Origin: Thermoplasma sp.
Lineage (GTDB): Archaea; Thermoplasmatota; Thermoplasmata; Thermoplasmatales; Thermoplasmataceae
DNA: 64,000 nucleotides
Reading direction: 5' to 3'
Assembly: GCF_008709555.1 (NCBI RefSeq)
Contig: NZ_VYIJ01000007.1
Span: forward strand, 411-64,410
The notes beneath the pieces were generated by a model, which was not told the DNA's origin, did no database searches, and was given only the letters and a program-made list of their open reading frames with translations. Below are positions 28,673 through 38,557 of this stretch, one piece after another; position 1 is the stretch's first letter; each line of letters opens with the position of its first letter. Made by a program: the position numbers and the translations under genes.

Positions 28673-30025
28673 TCAATAGAGCTTCCTTGCCGCAGAGTCT
28701 ATGCCTTCGAATGTCATTGGATGCTGGTGGGCCATTTCTGCGAGGTCCCTGAGACTTAGACCTCTTGAAACTGCAAGTGCAATCTCGTTTATGACGTTTC
28801 CAGCGTCATTTCCAATAACGTAGCCGCCTATAACCTTCATCCTGCTGTCTGTGAATATCCTGATCTCTCCATACATTTCATTGTTTATCTGCGCCATGGA
28901 ATCCGTCTCTATCTGGTAATCTGTCTCCACATAATCGATGCCCATCTTTCTGGCCTGAGATGGCATTATGCCCACATAGGCCATCTGTGGTATGGTGTAT
29001 ACAGTGAACGGTACGGACAGGGGATCGAAATAGTCTGTTGGAACGTTGTTTGCCATGATGTTGTTCGCAGCAACGATTGACTGCCTCTTTGCCGCATGGA
29101 ACAGCGGCGTTATACCATTGACATCCCCCGTAGCGTAAATGTTCTTTATATTTGTCTGCATGGCCATGTTCACCTTTATTCCATGGCGGTCATGTTCTAT
29201 GCCCAGTTCGTCGACACCATCCGGAAATACAGGGATTCTTCCTACAGCCATTAGCACTGCCTCTACGTCTATCGATTCTGTATTGCTGTCCGCTCCGAAA
29301 TTCACCCTGTACATACTTCCGTTCTTCTCTATAGATTTAACTGGCGATGATGTCTTTATCTCTATCTTAGGCAGCAGCGGAAGAAGCTTATCAACCATGG
29401 ACTTCTCCATGGTGCTCAGTACCCTGTCCAGCATCTCTATGACGGTGACCTTGACTCCCAGTATTGACATGAACGATGCTGTTTCCATGCCTATGTATCC
29501 ACCGCCTATTATCGCCATGCTCTTTGGGAGCTTTCTTACCCTCGCATTCAGCGCATAGAGATCGGCACTTGTCCATGCCAGATTTGATCCTGGTATCTTC
29601 GGCACGAATGTATCTGATCCTGATGCTATTATTATTGAGGAGGCCCTGTATCTTGACGTACCGGTATCTGACGAAACTTCAACCATGTTCTCGTCTATCA
29701 GCCTAGCGGTACCCTTGATTATCTTCAAACCGGCCTCCTTCAACTCCTCGTCATGCTGATCATACCGTATCTTCTGCACGCTGTCCTTGTGATCGACGAT
29801 CTTCCCGTAGTCTATGGAAAAATCCCCGAAATGCCTCATCTTCGCAAGAGTATGAACGGTCTCGATCACCGCCTTCGATGGAACACAGCCTTCAGCTAAG
29901 CAGTTTCCAGACATCACACCCTTCTTATCGATCATGAGAACGCTGTAACCTGACTTTTTGAGCCTGAATGCTGCAGGATAGGCAGCGCCCCCTGCACCTA
30001 TGGTGATGACGTCATATTCTTCCAT
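28673..30025 (-). CDS. Dihydrolipoyl dehydrogenase-like flavoprotein disulfide reductase
   Basis: GAGGAA FAD motif, GNCLAEGCVPSK redox disulfide, GGGYIG, HPMTFE; no C-terminal Cys-Cys pair of MerA. Confidence 0.88.
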   Translation of the reverse strand: MEEYDVITIGAGGAAYPAAFRLKKSGYSVLMIDKKGVMSGNCLAEGCVPSKAVIETVHTLAKMRHFGDFSIDYGKIVDHKDSVQKIRYDQHDEELKEAGLKIIKGTARLIDENMVEVSSDTGTSRYRASSIIIASGSDTFVPKIPGSNLAWTSADLYALNARVRKLPKSMAIIGGGYIGMETASFMSILGVKVTVIEMLDRVLSTMEKSMVDKLLPLLPKIEIKTSSPVKSIEKNGSMYRVNFGADSNTESIDVEAVLMAVGRIPVFPDGVDELGIEHDRHGIKVNMAMQTNIKNIYATGDVNGITPLFHAAKRQSIVAANNIMANNVPTDYFDPLSVPFTVYTIPQMAYVGIMPSQARKMGIDYVETDYQIETDSMAQINNEMYGEIRIFTDSRMKVIGGYVIGNDAGNVINEIALAVSRGLSLRDLAEMAHQHPMTFEGIDSAARKLY

Positions 30026-30156
30026 AATGGTACATTGCAACGTGGGATAAATTTCTTTTTTGTGATATACTATCATGGATATGACGAATATTGTGCAAAG
30101 GCATGAAAGATCCTTCAGGAAAATAATTTTATCCAGATTAACAATGCACCGCCATC

Positions 30157-30993
30157 ATGAAAGTATCCGATATAATGACGCCAGATCCCATAACCTACCA
30201 TGTCCCGAGCTCCATAAACGAGGTCATAAAGGTTCTCATAAAATACAATGTGACCGGTGTTCCAATAACCGATCAGTCCGGTCATTACGCCGGCTTTGTA
30301 AGCAGGAGGGATGTATTTGCCAATCCAAGGGAAACCCAGACGGCCATGGTGATGAGGAGATCGAAGGCCGTATACGAAGACGACGACGTCAGGACAGCTG
30401 CCCTTGAAATGCTTGCACAGAAGAAGAGGCACCTGACAGTAATAGACAGAGAGGGGCATGTGAAAGGCATACTGACACCACAGAACTTCATGAAGACGAT
30501 AAAGGACAATTACGGAAATGTAAAGGTGAAGGAGGTAATGAAGGAAACCAGCGTCCCCATATGGTATAAGACACCTTTACCAGCTATACTCACGGTCATG
30601 AACGTATCTGGCATATTCTCATTCCCTGTTATAGACGATAATGGGTCATTCGTTGGATTGCTTGTCGATAGGGACATATTCGACAGAATAGATCTCAAAT
30701 TTGACTCGATACTCAGCGAGATGGGGATCGCGGACGATGAGGATCCATGGTCATGGACAGGACTGCGCAATGTCTTCAAGTACGTCGTAGAACGCGCTGA
30801 TATAAAGCTTCCAAAGATCTCCGCTGATGAGATCATGGTGAAGAACCCAACGGTTGTCTACGCGAATGACAGGCTTTCTACAGCAGCTGACCTCATGATC
30901 AAGTACAACTACAACCAGCTTCCTGTTCTCGATGATTCCCACGGCATATACGGTATGCTCTACGATATAGAGATGCTGGGTGTGTTTCAATGA
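30157..30993 (+). CDS. Four-CBS-domain protein
   Basis: Repeated CBS patterns (VSDIMT, GVPI, FPVIDD, QLPVLD); ATGA overlap with glyS. Confidence 0.9.
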   Translation: MKVSDIMTPDPITYHVPSSINEVIKVLIKYNVTGVPITDQSGHYAGFVSRRDVFANPRETQTAMVMRRSKAVYEDDDVRTAALEMLAQKKRHLTVIDREGHVKGILTPQNFMKTIKDNYGNVKVKEVMKETSVPIWYKTPLPAILTVMNVSGIFSFPVIDDNGSFVGLLVDRDIFDRIDLKFDSILSEMGIADDEDPWSWTGLRNVFKYVVERADIKLPKISADEIMVKNPTVVYANDRLSTAADLMIKYNYNQLPVLDDSHGIYGMLYDIEMLGVFQ

Positions 30994-32420
30994 GCTTCGA
31001 GGATGTTATCGAGCTGGCGAAAAGGAGAGGCTTCTTCTGGCCATCATACATGATATACGGCGGTGAATCTGGCTTCTACGATTATGGCCCCCTTGGTACC
31101 CTGCTGAAGGACAACATAATAGGCCTATGGAAGAGGGAATATGCACGTGAAGGCGCCATTTTCCTTGATACTCCTGTCATCTCTCCGGCTGACGTGTTCA
31201 GGGCCTCAGGGCATCTAGAAAAATTCTCCGACATAGCAGTGAAATGCACCAAATGCGGTACGCCCTATAAATTCGAGAGCCTTATCAAAGGTCTAGGGAT
31301 AAATGAGATAGCGAAGACTGTTGATGAGGCCTCTGCAATACTTGAAAAATATGATGTCAAATGCCCGAAGTGCGGGGAGAAGCTGAGGAACCCATACGAT
31401 TTCAACCTCATGTTCCGTGTCGGATCAAATGACCTTTATCTCCGCCCGGAGACTGCGCAGGGCATATTCATCAATTTCAAGAACGTCTACAACTACGCCA
31501 GAAACTCGATGCCGATAATCGTGTGCCAGGTTGGCAAGGGCTTCAGAAATGAGATATCTCCAAGGCAGGCCCTCATAAGGATGAGGGAATTCTCTCAGGC
31601 AGAGGTCGAGGTCTTCTATCTGGAAAACGAGGATTTCCCGATTCCAGATTCGCATATGGAACTGAATTTGCTGAGGAACACTGGCGAACTCCTGAGGATA
31701 AGGGTAAGCGACGCATTGAAATCAGGCGTTGTCGGAAACAGGGTCATGGCTTATTTCCTCAACAAGACATACGATATACTGCTGAAGCTGGGGTTCCAGC
31801 CAGACCGCATAAGGGCTAGGGAGCACGACCCTGGGGAAAGGGCACATTATTCATCTGAGACATGGGATTTCGAATACCTGCTCGATGAGGACTGGATCGA
31901 GATCGTCGGTGTGTCGGATCGCGGCACCTATGATCTGGGAAGGCATCAGCAGTTCTCCGGCGAGAACTTCCAGATAGATGGCAGGACGCCTAGGGTTATC
32001 GAACCTTCCTACGGCGTTGACCGCCTGCTGCTTACGATCATGGACTCATCTTACTACAGGAGGGATAACGGCTACAAGGTACTTCGCCTGGACCCGCACA
32101 TAGCTCCTTTACATCTTGCGGTATTCCCTCTGCAGAAGAGGGATGATCTGGACAGGATTGCAAGGGATCTGTTCGAAAGAATCAGATCAGTGGACCCGTT
32201 CATATTCTACGATGACAGCGGGAACATAGGTAGAAGATACGCAAGGCAGGATGAGATCGGTACGCCATACTGCGTGACCGTGGATTACCAGACAAAGGAT
32301 GATGAAACTGTTACGATCAGGGAAAGGGACAGCACAAGACAGGTAAGGATCAGCACAGGCGACCTCCTCGAGAGGATAAGATCGTTTCCTGATTCAATCT
32401 CTGGCCTATTTTCCAGCTGA
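30990..32420 (+). CDS. glyS: Glycine--tRNA ligase (alpha2 type)
   Basis: KRRGFFW, YDYGPLG, LRPETAQG, FRNEISPR, IEPSYG, IGRRYARQDEIG. Confidence 0.97.
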   Translation: MSFEDVIELAKRRGFFWPSYMIYGGESGFYDYGPLGTLLKDNIIGLWKREYAREGAIFLDTPVISPADVFRASGHLEKFSDIAVKCTKCGTPYKFESLIKGLGINEIAKTVDEASAILEKYDVKCPKCGEKLRNPYDFNLMFRVGSNDLYLRPETAQGIFINFKNVYNYARNSMPIIVCQVGKGFRNEISPRQALIRMREFSQAEVEVFYLENEDFPIPDSHMELNLLRNTGELLRIRVSDALKSGVVGNRVMAYFLNKTYDILLKLGFQPDRIRAREHDPGERAHYSSETWDFEYLLDEDWIEIVGVSDRGTYDLGRHQQFSGENFQIDGRTPRVIEPSYGVDRLLLTIMDSSYYRRDNGYKVLRLDPHIAPLHLAVFPLQKRDDLDRIARDLFERIRSVDPFIFYDDSGNIGRRYARQDEIGTPYCVTVDYQTKDDETVTIRERDSTRQVRISTGDLLERIRSFPDSISGLFSS

Positions 32421-32551
32421 CCTTACACACCCTTGTTCTTCATTTTCTTCCCATTATCCGCAAGTTCATCATCATCCAGCGGGTGCGCACAAACGGATTC
32501 ATTTTTCCTCGGTATGCAGAAAATTAATAGCTCGATGCAAATATTCATGGG

Positions 32552-33400
32552 ATGTTTGAAAGGGATCTCCTGAAGGGGAAGGTTGCATTGATCACCGGCG
32601 GCGGCACCGGCATAGGATTCAATATAGGAAAGAGATACGGGGAACTGGGTGCATCCATAGCCATATGTGGGCGCAGGGAAAACGTCCTCGCTGAAGCTGT
32701 GTCAAGATTCAGTGAGGCCGGCATAACGGCCGATTATCACAGATGCGACGTGAGGGATCCTGCCCAGGTTTCCGAGACCATCGATCACTTCTTGGATAAG
32801 TTTGGCGGGATAGACATCCTTGTCAACAACGCTGCAGGCAATTTTGTCTCTCCAACGGAGAGGCTGTCGCCCCATGCATTTGACGCTGTTCTGGGCATAG
32901 TGCTTCATGGAACTATATATATGACGCTTGATCTGGGAAAGAAATGGATCAAGACCGGTAGGCATGGCGTTGTCCTGGACATAGTCACGACCTACGCATG
33001 GACAGGATCCGGATACGTGGTTCCGTCTGCCGCAGCTAAGGCCGGAGTTCTTGCCCTCGTCCGATCGCTGGCTGTTGAATGGGCAAAGTACGGTATCAGG
33101 CATGTTGCCATTGCACCCGGCCCGTTTCCCACCGAGGCAACGCGGAAGAATCTTTTCCCAATACCCCAGATAGAGGAGCGCATTGTTCAGAGAGTGCCGC
33201 TGAAAAGGCCTGGCAGGATGGACGAGATAGCAGACCTTGCAGCCTACCTTGTTTCAGATCAGGCTGAATACATGAATGGATCCGTGGTTACAATCGATGG
33301 TGGCGAATGGCTGAAGGGGGCCGGGCAGTTCAACCATCTGGAGGATCTCACCGAAGAACAGTGGAAAATTATATATGAAACATCAAGAAAAAAGGACTGA
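32552..33400 (+). CDS. SDR oxidoreductase, 2,4-dienoyl-CoA reductase-like
   Basis: TGGGTGIG, NNAAGNF, SAAAKAG, IAPGP, DGGEWL. Confidence 0.88.
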   Translation: MFERDLLKGKVALITGGGTGIGFNIGKRYGELGASIAICGRRENVLAEAVSRFSEAGITADYHRCDVRDPAQVSETIDHFLDKFGGIDILVNNAAGNFVSPTERLSPHAFDAVLGIVLHGTIYMTLDLGKKWIKTGRHGVVLDIVTTYAWTGSGYVVPSAAAKAGVLALVRSLAVEWAKYGIRHVAIAPGPFPTEATRKNLFPIPQIEERIVQRVPLKRPGRMDEIADLAAYLVSDQAEYMNGSVVTIDGGEWLKGAGQFNHLEDLTEEQWKIIYETSRKKD

Positions 33401-33401
33401 A

Positions 33402-34607
33402 TCAGAGGCCGGAGAACCTGACAACGGCCTCCTTCAATCTTTCATCTGATCCTTCAACAACGTGTTCAGTGAAGCCCTCCACTATCATGTTCCTGGCCGT
33501 TTCTTCACCTATGCCCCTGGATCTGAGGTAGAAGAGCGATTGATCATCGATGTTGCTTATCGCTGACGCGTGCTTCGATCTCACATCGTTGTTGTTTATC
33601 AGCAGCGCAGGTTTTGTGTTTGCGAACGCCTCCCTTGAGAGCAGCAGTATCCTCGTGTCGTAATAGCCCTCGGCGTGCCTGGCCTGCTCGCGTATATCTA
33701 TGTTTCCGCGCTGCATCGTCAGGCTCTTATCCCGCACTATTCCCCTTATGTATATGTCTGCAACCGTGTGCGTTCCAATCTGAATTGTATTATCCCTAAG
33801 ATCCATCTGCTGAAGCGATCTGGTGAAGCTGACGCCTCTCACCTGGTAGTTGGTGTTGTTTCCCTGCTGATATGATTCCGTAACTATAATGGATCTGTCA
33901 TAGCCATTCTCAGCGTGATAGATCCTGGCCGAAGAATAGTCATCCATGAATGTTCTTATGAATTGAAGGCCAACAACTGTTTTGGGCCTATCCTGAACCT
34001 GATTGTACTCAACTGCAGCATTCTTTCCAAGGAATATATATGTGTTGTCTCCTTGGTATCCGTTTCCATTGCCGCTGCCGGAGATCCTCCTGAAAAGCTT
34101 CAGCTTGGATCCCTCGTCCACAATGATCATGTTCTTGGCTGCGAATGAAGAGGCTGAAGAGGCATAGTCTTCGATGTCTATTGAAGCCGATATGCCCTTT
34201 GGTACGTAGATGAAGATCCCGTCATGGAAGCCAGCGTTTATGAGGAATTCGTACCTGTCGTATACGTACTCTCTTCCTGCGAAATCGTAAACTATGGAGG
34301 AATGTTTCTCCTCCGCATCCCGCATAGATGAAACTATCAGGCCCTTCGCATTGTAAACATGGACATGGCCATTCACGATGGCCACGTCCTCTTCCGATCT
34401 CCTGTACTCGCCTTCATCATCTTCTGGCCGGCCAAGAACCATCTTCTCTACGAATTCGTCCGTGAACTCCACATACCTCATCCTGGTCGGGCTTTCCTTC
34501 CAGACCTGAGGTGGTGTCTTCATGAACTGGATGAAGTTCTCCTGCCTGTATTCATGAAGCCGGTCGTATCCACGTTCATTTATCATGTCGCGTATCTGTT
34601 CGATCAT
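33402..34607 (-). CDS. sufD: Fe-S cluster assembly protein SufD
   Basis: SufBD beta-helix; PALLINNNDVRSKHAS and FYLRSRGI. Confidence 0.9.
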   Translation of the reverse strand: MIEQIRDMINERGYDRLHEYRQENFIQFMKTPPQVWKESPTRMRYVEFTDEFVEKMVLGRPEDDEGEYRRSEEDVAIVNGHVHVYNAKGLIVSSMRDAEEKHSSIVYDFAGREYVYDRYEFLINAGFHDGIFIYVPKGISASIDIEDYASSASSFAAKNMIIVDEGSKLKLFRRISGSGNGNGYQGDNTYIFLGKNAAVEYNQVQDRPKTVVGLQFIRTFMDDYSSARIYHAENGYDRSIIVTESYQQGNNTNYQVRGVSFTRSLQQMDLRDNTIQIGTHTVADIYIRGIVRDKSLTMQRGNIDIREQARHAEGYYDTRILLLSREAFANTKPALLINNNDVRSKHASAISNIDDQSLFYLRSRGIGEETARNMIVEGFTEHVVEGSDERLKEAVVRFSGL

Positions 34608-36049
34608 CCCACAGCACCCATCTTGCTCATTTCAAGCTTGACCAGCCTGTTCATCTCAACGGCGAACTCCATTGGGATCTCCTTCATGACGTCATCCAGG
34701 AAACCCAGCACTATCAGTGAGCTTGCCTCGTCCTCTGACAGTCCCCTGGACCTCAGGTATGTGAGCTCCTCGGTACCGATCTTGCCGACCGTCGCTTCGT
34801 GCGTGAAGTTGGCGGTGGGTTCGTATATCTCATCATGCGGCATTGTGTACGATACGGATTCGTCGTTGATGAGTAGGGCATCGCACTGCACATGGCTCTT
34901 TGCATTTACAGCGTCCTTGTTTATCCTCACAAGGCCGCGGTATATCGACTTGCCATCGCCCAGAGAAACGCTCTTCGCAATGATCTTTGAGCTTGTGTTT
35001 GGCGCCATGTGTATTGCCTTTGCCCCAGTATCCTTAACCGTACCGGACTCCGCCAGTGCGATGTTGAGGTTTGAGGTTGTCGCGTTCCTGCCCCTAAGGT
35101 AGGACGATGGATATATCATGGTGATCTTCGATCCAAGGGAACCGCCGACCCACTCCATGTTGCCGTTTTCCTCAACCCATGCACGCTTTGTCGGCATGTT
35201 ATATACACTCTTGGACCAGTTCTGGACGCTCGTGTACCTACCATGAGCGTTCTTCATGACGTAGTACTCAACTATGGCCGCATGCAGCGAGTCCTTGGAA
35301 TAAACTGGAGCAGTGCAGCCTTCAAGATAGTGTACACTTGATCCTTCGTCCGCAACGACTATCGTGTGCTCGAACTGGCCAGTGGCCTCCCCATTTATTC
35401 TGAAGTAGGTCTGAAGAGGCATATCAACATGCACTCCCCTCGGAACATACAGGAATGCACCTCCGCTCCATACCGCCACGTTCAGGGCAGCGAATTTGTT
35501 ATCGCTTGGAGGTACCGCCTTGGCGAAGTATTCCTTCACCAGATCCGGATACCTCTTGAGCGCAGAGTCCAGATCCATGAATACAACGCCTTTGTCTTCC
35601 CATTCCTTCTTCAGGCTGTTGTATATTCCTTCACTGTCGTACTGCGCTATGGATCCGGCCAGGTACTTTCTCTCCATCTCTGGCACGCCAAGCTTCTCGA
35701 ACGTGTCCTTTATCTCCTTGGGGACCTCGTCCCAGTTGGTCGCCTTTACCTCGTCTGGGCTGCTGTAATACGTCATGTTCTCCCAGTCTATCCCGGACAG
35801 ATCCGGGCCCCATGTGGGCACGGGCTTGGACATGAATATCTCATAGGCATGCAGCCTTATGCGCCTCATCCAGTCAGGTTCCTTCTTTATCTCAGATATT
35901 TCCTCCACGACCTGCCTGCTCAGTCCCTTCCCCGTAGAGTAAACGGGGTTTATGTTATCGTGGAAGCCGTAATCCAGAGCACCGTTTGACTTAAGATCGT
36001 TTATAAGTCGATCTATCTCCTCATCCTTATTAACATACGTTGATTCCAT
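34604..36049 (-). CDS. sufB: Fe-S cluster assembly protein SufB
   Basis: GQFEHT, YLEGCTAP, QCDALL, HEATVG. Confidence 0.96.
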   Translation of the reverse strand: MESTYVNKDEEIDRLINDLKSNGALDYGFHDNINPVYSTGKGLSRQVVEEISEIKKEPDWMRRIRLHAYEIFMSKPVPTWGPDLSGIDWENMTYYSSPDEVKATNWDEVPKEIKDTFEKLGVPEMERKYLAGSIAQYDSEGIYNSLKKEWEDKGVVFMDLDSALKRYPDLVKEYFAKAVPPSDNKFAALNVAVWSGGAFLYVPRGVHVDMPLQTYFRINGEATGQFEHTIVVADEGSSVHYLEGCTAPVYSKDSLHAAIVEYYVMKNAHGRYTSVQNWSKSVYNMPTKRAWVEENGNMEWVGGSLGSKITMIYPSSYLRGRNATTSNLNIALAESGTVKDTGAKAIHMAPNTSSKIIAKSVSLGDGKSIYRGLVRINKDAVNAKSHVQCDALLINDESVSYTMPHDEIYEPTANFTHEATVGKIGTEELTYLRSRGLSEDEASSLIVLGFLDDVMKEIPMEFAVEMNRLVKLEMSKMGAVG

Positions 36050-36790
36050 TTATGCCACCTCCTTCAACCAATCATAACCATTCTCCTCAATCTTATCTGA
36101 AAGCGATTTGTCTCCGTTCATCGCTATGGTACCGTTTACGAGGACGTGAACGAACTGCGGTTCGATATCCTTCAGTATCCTCTGATAATGCGTTATTATG
36201 AGGTAGCCGACATCCCTGCTGAAATACCTCTTAAGCTGCTCGGCCACCATCCTCAGTGCATCCACGTCCAGGCCGGAATCTATCTCGTCCAGAACGATCA
36301 TCTTGGGCTTCAGTATGAGCATCTGCAGTATCTCGAACCTCTTCCTCTCTCCGCCGGAGAACCCGTCGTTGACGGATCTTGATATGAAGCTCTCATCAAG
36401 CCCTACGGTCTTCATGGCCTCCTTTATCCTCTTGTTGAACTCAGAAATCACTATCTTTTCATCCGGATGCAGATGGCTGTACGCTATCCTCAGGAATGTG
36501 GATATTCTGACCCCCTCAACGGCCACTGGGCTCTGGAATGCCAGGAACAGCCCAGCCCTGGCCCTTTCCTCGGGCGTTGCGTATGTTATATCCTTGCCAT
36601 CAAGTATTATCTGGCCACCGGTTATCTTGTAATCTGGATGCCCTATGAGCACGTTGCCCAGCGTGCTTTTGCCGGCCCCGTTTGGACCCATCAGGGCGTG
36701 TATTTCGCCACCACCTATCTTCAGGTTGACATCCTTCAGTATCTGTTTATCCTCAACTGATGCAGAGAGGTTTCTGATCTCGAGTATCAT
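36050..36790 (-). CDS. sufC: Fe-S cluster assembly ATPase SufC
   Basis: MGPNGAGKST, LAFQSP, GFSGGE, DEIDSGLD, ITHY. Confidence 0.96.
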   Translation of the reverse strand: MILEIRNLSASVEDKQILKDVNLKIGGGEIHALMGPNGAGKSTLGNVLIGHPDYKITGGQIILDGKDITYATPEERARAGLFLAFQSPVAVEGVRISTFLRIAYSHLHPDEKIVISEFNKRIKEAMKTVGLDESFISRSVNDGFSGGERKRFEILQMLILKPKMIVLDEIDSGLDVDALRMVAEQLKRYFSRDVGYLIITHYQRILKDIEPQFVHVLVNGTIAMNGDKSLSDKIEENGYDWLKEVA

Positions 36791-36883
36791 AAGCTATCAA
36801 GGGAATATACGTTAATACTATTTAAACACTTTTTTGTGTCTAAATTGACTAAATTTAAATAACCATTACGCATTACATATCAT

Positions 36884-37531
36884 ATGATATATGACGACAT
36901 CCTGGGAGCAACGAAGACGACGATACTGGAGAGCCTCAACGTCCAGGACAGGAGCGTCGATGACCTCTCAAACCTTCTCGGGATAAACAAGACTGCCGTC
37001 AAAGAGCATCTGGAGTATCTCGAGATGCGTGGTTATGTTTCCTCTTACTTTCAGAGCGGAGGTGCCGGCAGGCCAAAGAAATATTACAGACTTACAGATA
37101 AGGGGATTTCGCTCTTTCCTAAGAAGTACATAGATTTCGCCAAACTCCTTCTGGAAGAGGCGGAGAAGGTCATGGGCACTGAGAGGATGAATGCTATACT
37201 TGAGAGGATAGCATCCAGGATGATATCCGATACAGGATGGCTCGCCGAAGATCTGCGTTACAAGCCTAGAGAGGAGAAGATAAAGAAGATTCAGGAATAC
37301 GTTTCAATGCTGAACATTCTCGGTTACAACGCAACGCTTGACATTTACAGCGACAGGGTGATCATATCCAGGCACAACTGCATATTCTACGATCTAGCGA
37401 AGACAAACAACAGGATAATATGCAATTCTCTTGGAAAGGATCTCATAGTGCAGTCGCTGAACGCAGATTTCGAAATAACCGAGAAGATCAGCAATGGATC
37501 GAGCAAGTGTGTTATTGAGGTTAAACTGTGA
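36884..37531 (+). CDS. SufR-like winged-helix regulator
   Basis: N-terminal wHTH (GRPKKYY) and three C-terminal Cys (HNC, IC, KC); divergent from sufCBD. Confidence 0.8.
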   Translation: MIYDDILGATKTTILESLNVQDRSVDDLSNLLGINKTAVKEHLEYLEMRGYVSSYFQSGGAGRPKKYYRLTDKGISLFPKKYIDFAKLLLEEAEKVMGTERMNAILERIASRMISDTGWLAEDLRYKPREEKIKKIQEYVSMLNILGYNATLDIYSDRVIISRHNCIFYDLAKTNNRIICNSLGKDLIVQSLNADFEITEKISNGSSKCVIEVKL

Positions 37532-37543
37532 GGTGTTTGTGGA

Positions 37544-37846
37544 ATGGTGACAAAGGAAGAGGTACTGGAAGCCCTGAAGGCCGTGGCCGATCCAGAGATA
37601 GGCTATGACGTCGTAAATCTTGGTCTGGTGTACGACATTCAGATAAACGGCAACAGGGTGTATATAAAGATGACGATGACGGCACCGACCTGCCCTGTGA
37701 CTCCGTGGATACTGAGCGAGGCGCAGCAAGTTGTGGAGGAACTTCCCGGCGTTGAGGCATGCGATATAGAGCTTGTGTGGGACCCGCCATGGAACCCAAA
37801 GATGATGAGCGATGAGGCAAAACAGGCCCTGAATATTGATTACTGA
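37544..37846 (+). CDS. DUF59/SufT metal-sulfur cluster assembly factor
   Basis: DPEIG, NLGLVY, TAPTCP, WDPPW; GAGGTG upstream. Confidence 0.92.
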   Translation: MVTKEEVLEALKAVADPEIGYDVVNLGLVYDIQINGNRVYIKMTMTAPTCPVTPWILSEAQQVVEELPGVEACDIELVWDPPWNPKMMSDEAKQALNIDY

Positions 37847-37908
37847 TCGAATTATCGAAGGCAATCATATCTTTAAATACTATTTAAATATAAACCATCT
37901 GATAACTT

Positions 37909-38463
37909 ATGAGTGAGAGAGAAAAGATCACCATAGAGAATATAGTAGCATCAACATCACTTGCGGAGCATCTGGATCTTAGCAGGATCGCGCTCGCCCT
38001 CGATGGATCTGAATACGAACCGGAGCAGTTCCCCGGCTTGATATACAGGCTTCAGGAACCGAAAACAGCTGTGCTTATCTTCAGGAGCGGTAAGGTAAAC
38101 TGCACGGGAGCGAAGAACATAGAGGACGTGAAGAGAACAATAAGGATCATAATCGACAAGCTCAAGGCAGCCGATATCGAAGTATATGATGATCCAGAAA
38201 TAATAGTGCAGAACATTGTGGCTGTTTATGACCTTGAATCGGAGCTGAACCTCACCGACATCGCCATGTCGCTTGGCCTTGAGAACGTGGAGTATGAACC
38301 AGAGCAGTTCCCAGGACTTGTTTACAGGGTGGAAGAGCCGAGGGTTGTTCTCCTTCTGTTTGGTTCCGGTAAGGTTGTGTGCACCGGTGCGAAGGAGGAG
38401 AGCGAGATAGAACAGGCCGTCATAAAGGTAAAAAAGGAGTTGCAGAAGGTCGGCCTGATATAG
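37909..38463 (+). CDS. tbp: TATA-box-binding protein
   Basis: Two repeats of YEPEQFPGL...SGKVxCTGAK. Confidence 0.98.
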   Translation: MSEREKITIENIVASTSLAEHLDLSRIALALDGSEYEPEQFPGLIYRLQEPKTAVLIFRSGKVNCTGAKNIEDVKRTIRIIIDKLKAADIEVYDDPEIIVQNIVAVYDLESELNLTDIAMSLGLENVEYEPEQFPGLVYRVEEPRVVLLLFGSGKVVCTGAKEESEIEQAVIKVKKELQKVGLI

Positions 38464-38557
38464 TTTTAGTAAAGGTCATTTCGAAACAGATCGCGATGGC
38501 GATCTGTAACTAAAAAATGTATACAGAATCTGTTCCCTATTAGTATAAAATGCAATT

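Noticed and set aside
28673..30025. Mercuric reductase (merA) call
   Set aside because: No C-terminal Cys-Cys pair; has the HPxxxE motif of lipoamide dehydrogenase-type enzymes
34359..35989. Plus-strand ORFs (247 and 207 aa) opposite sufB/sufD
   Set aside because: Antisense shadows
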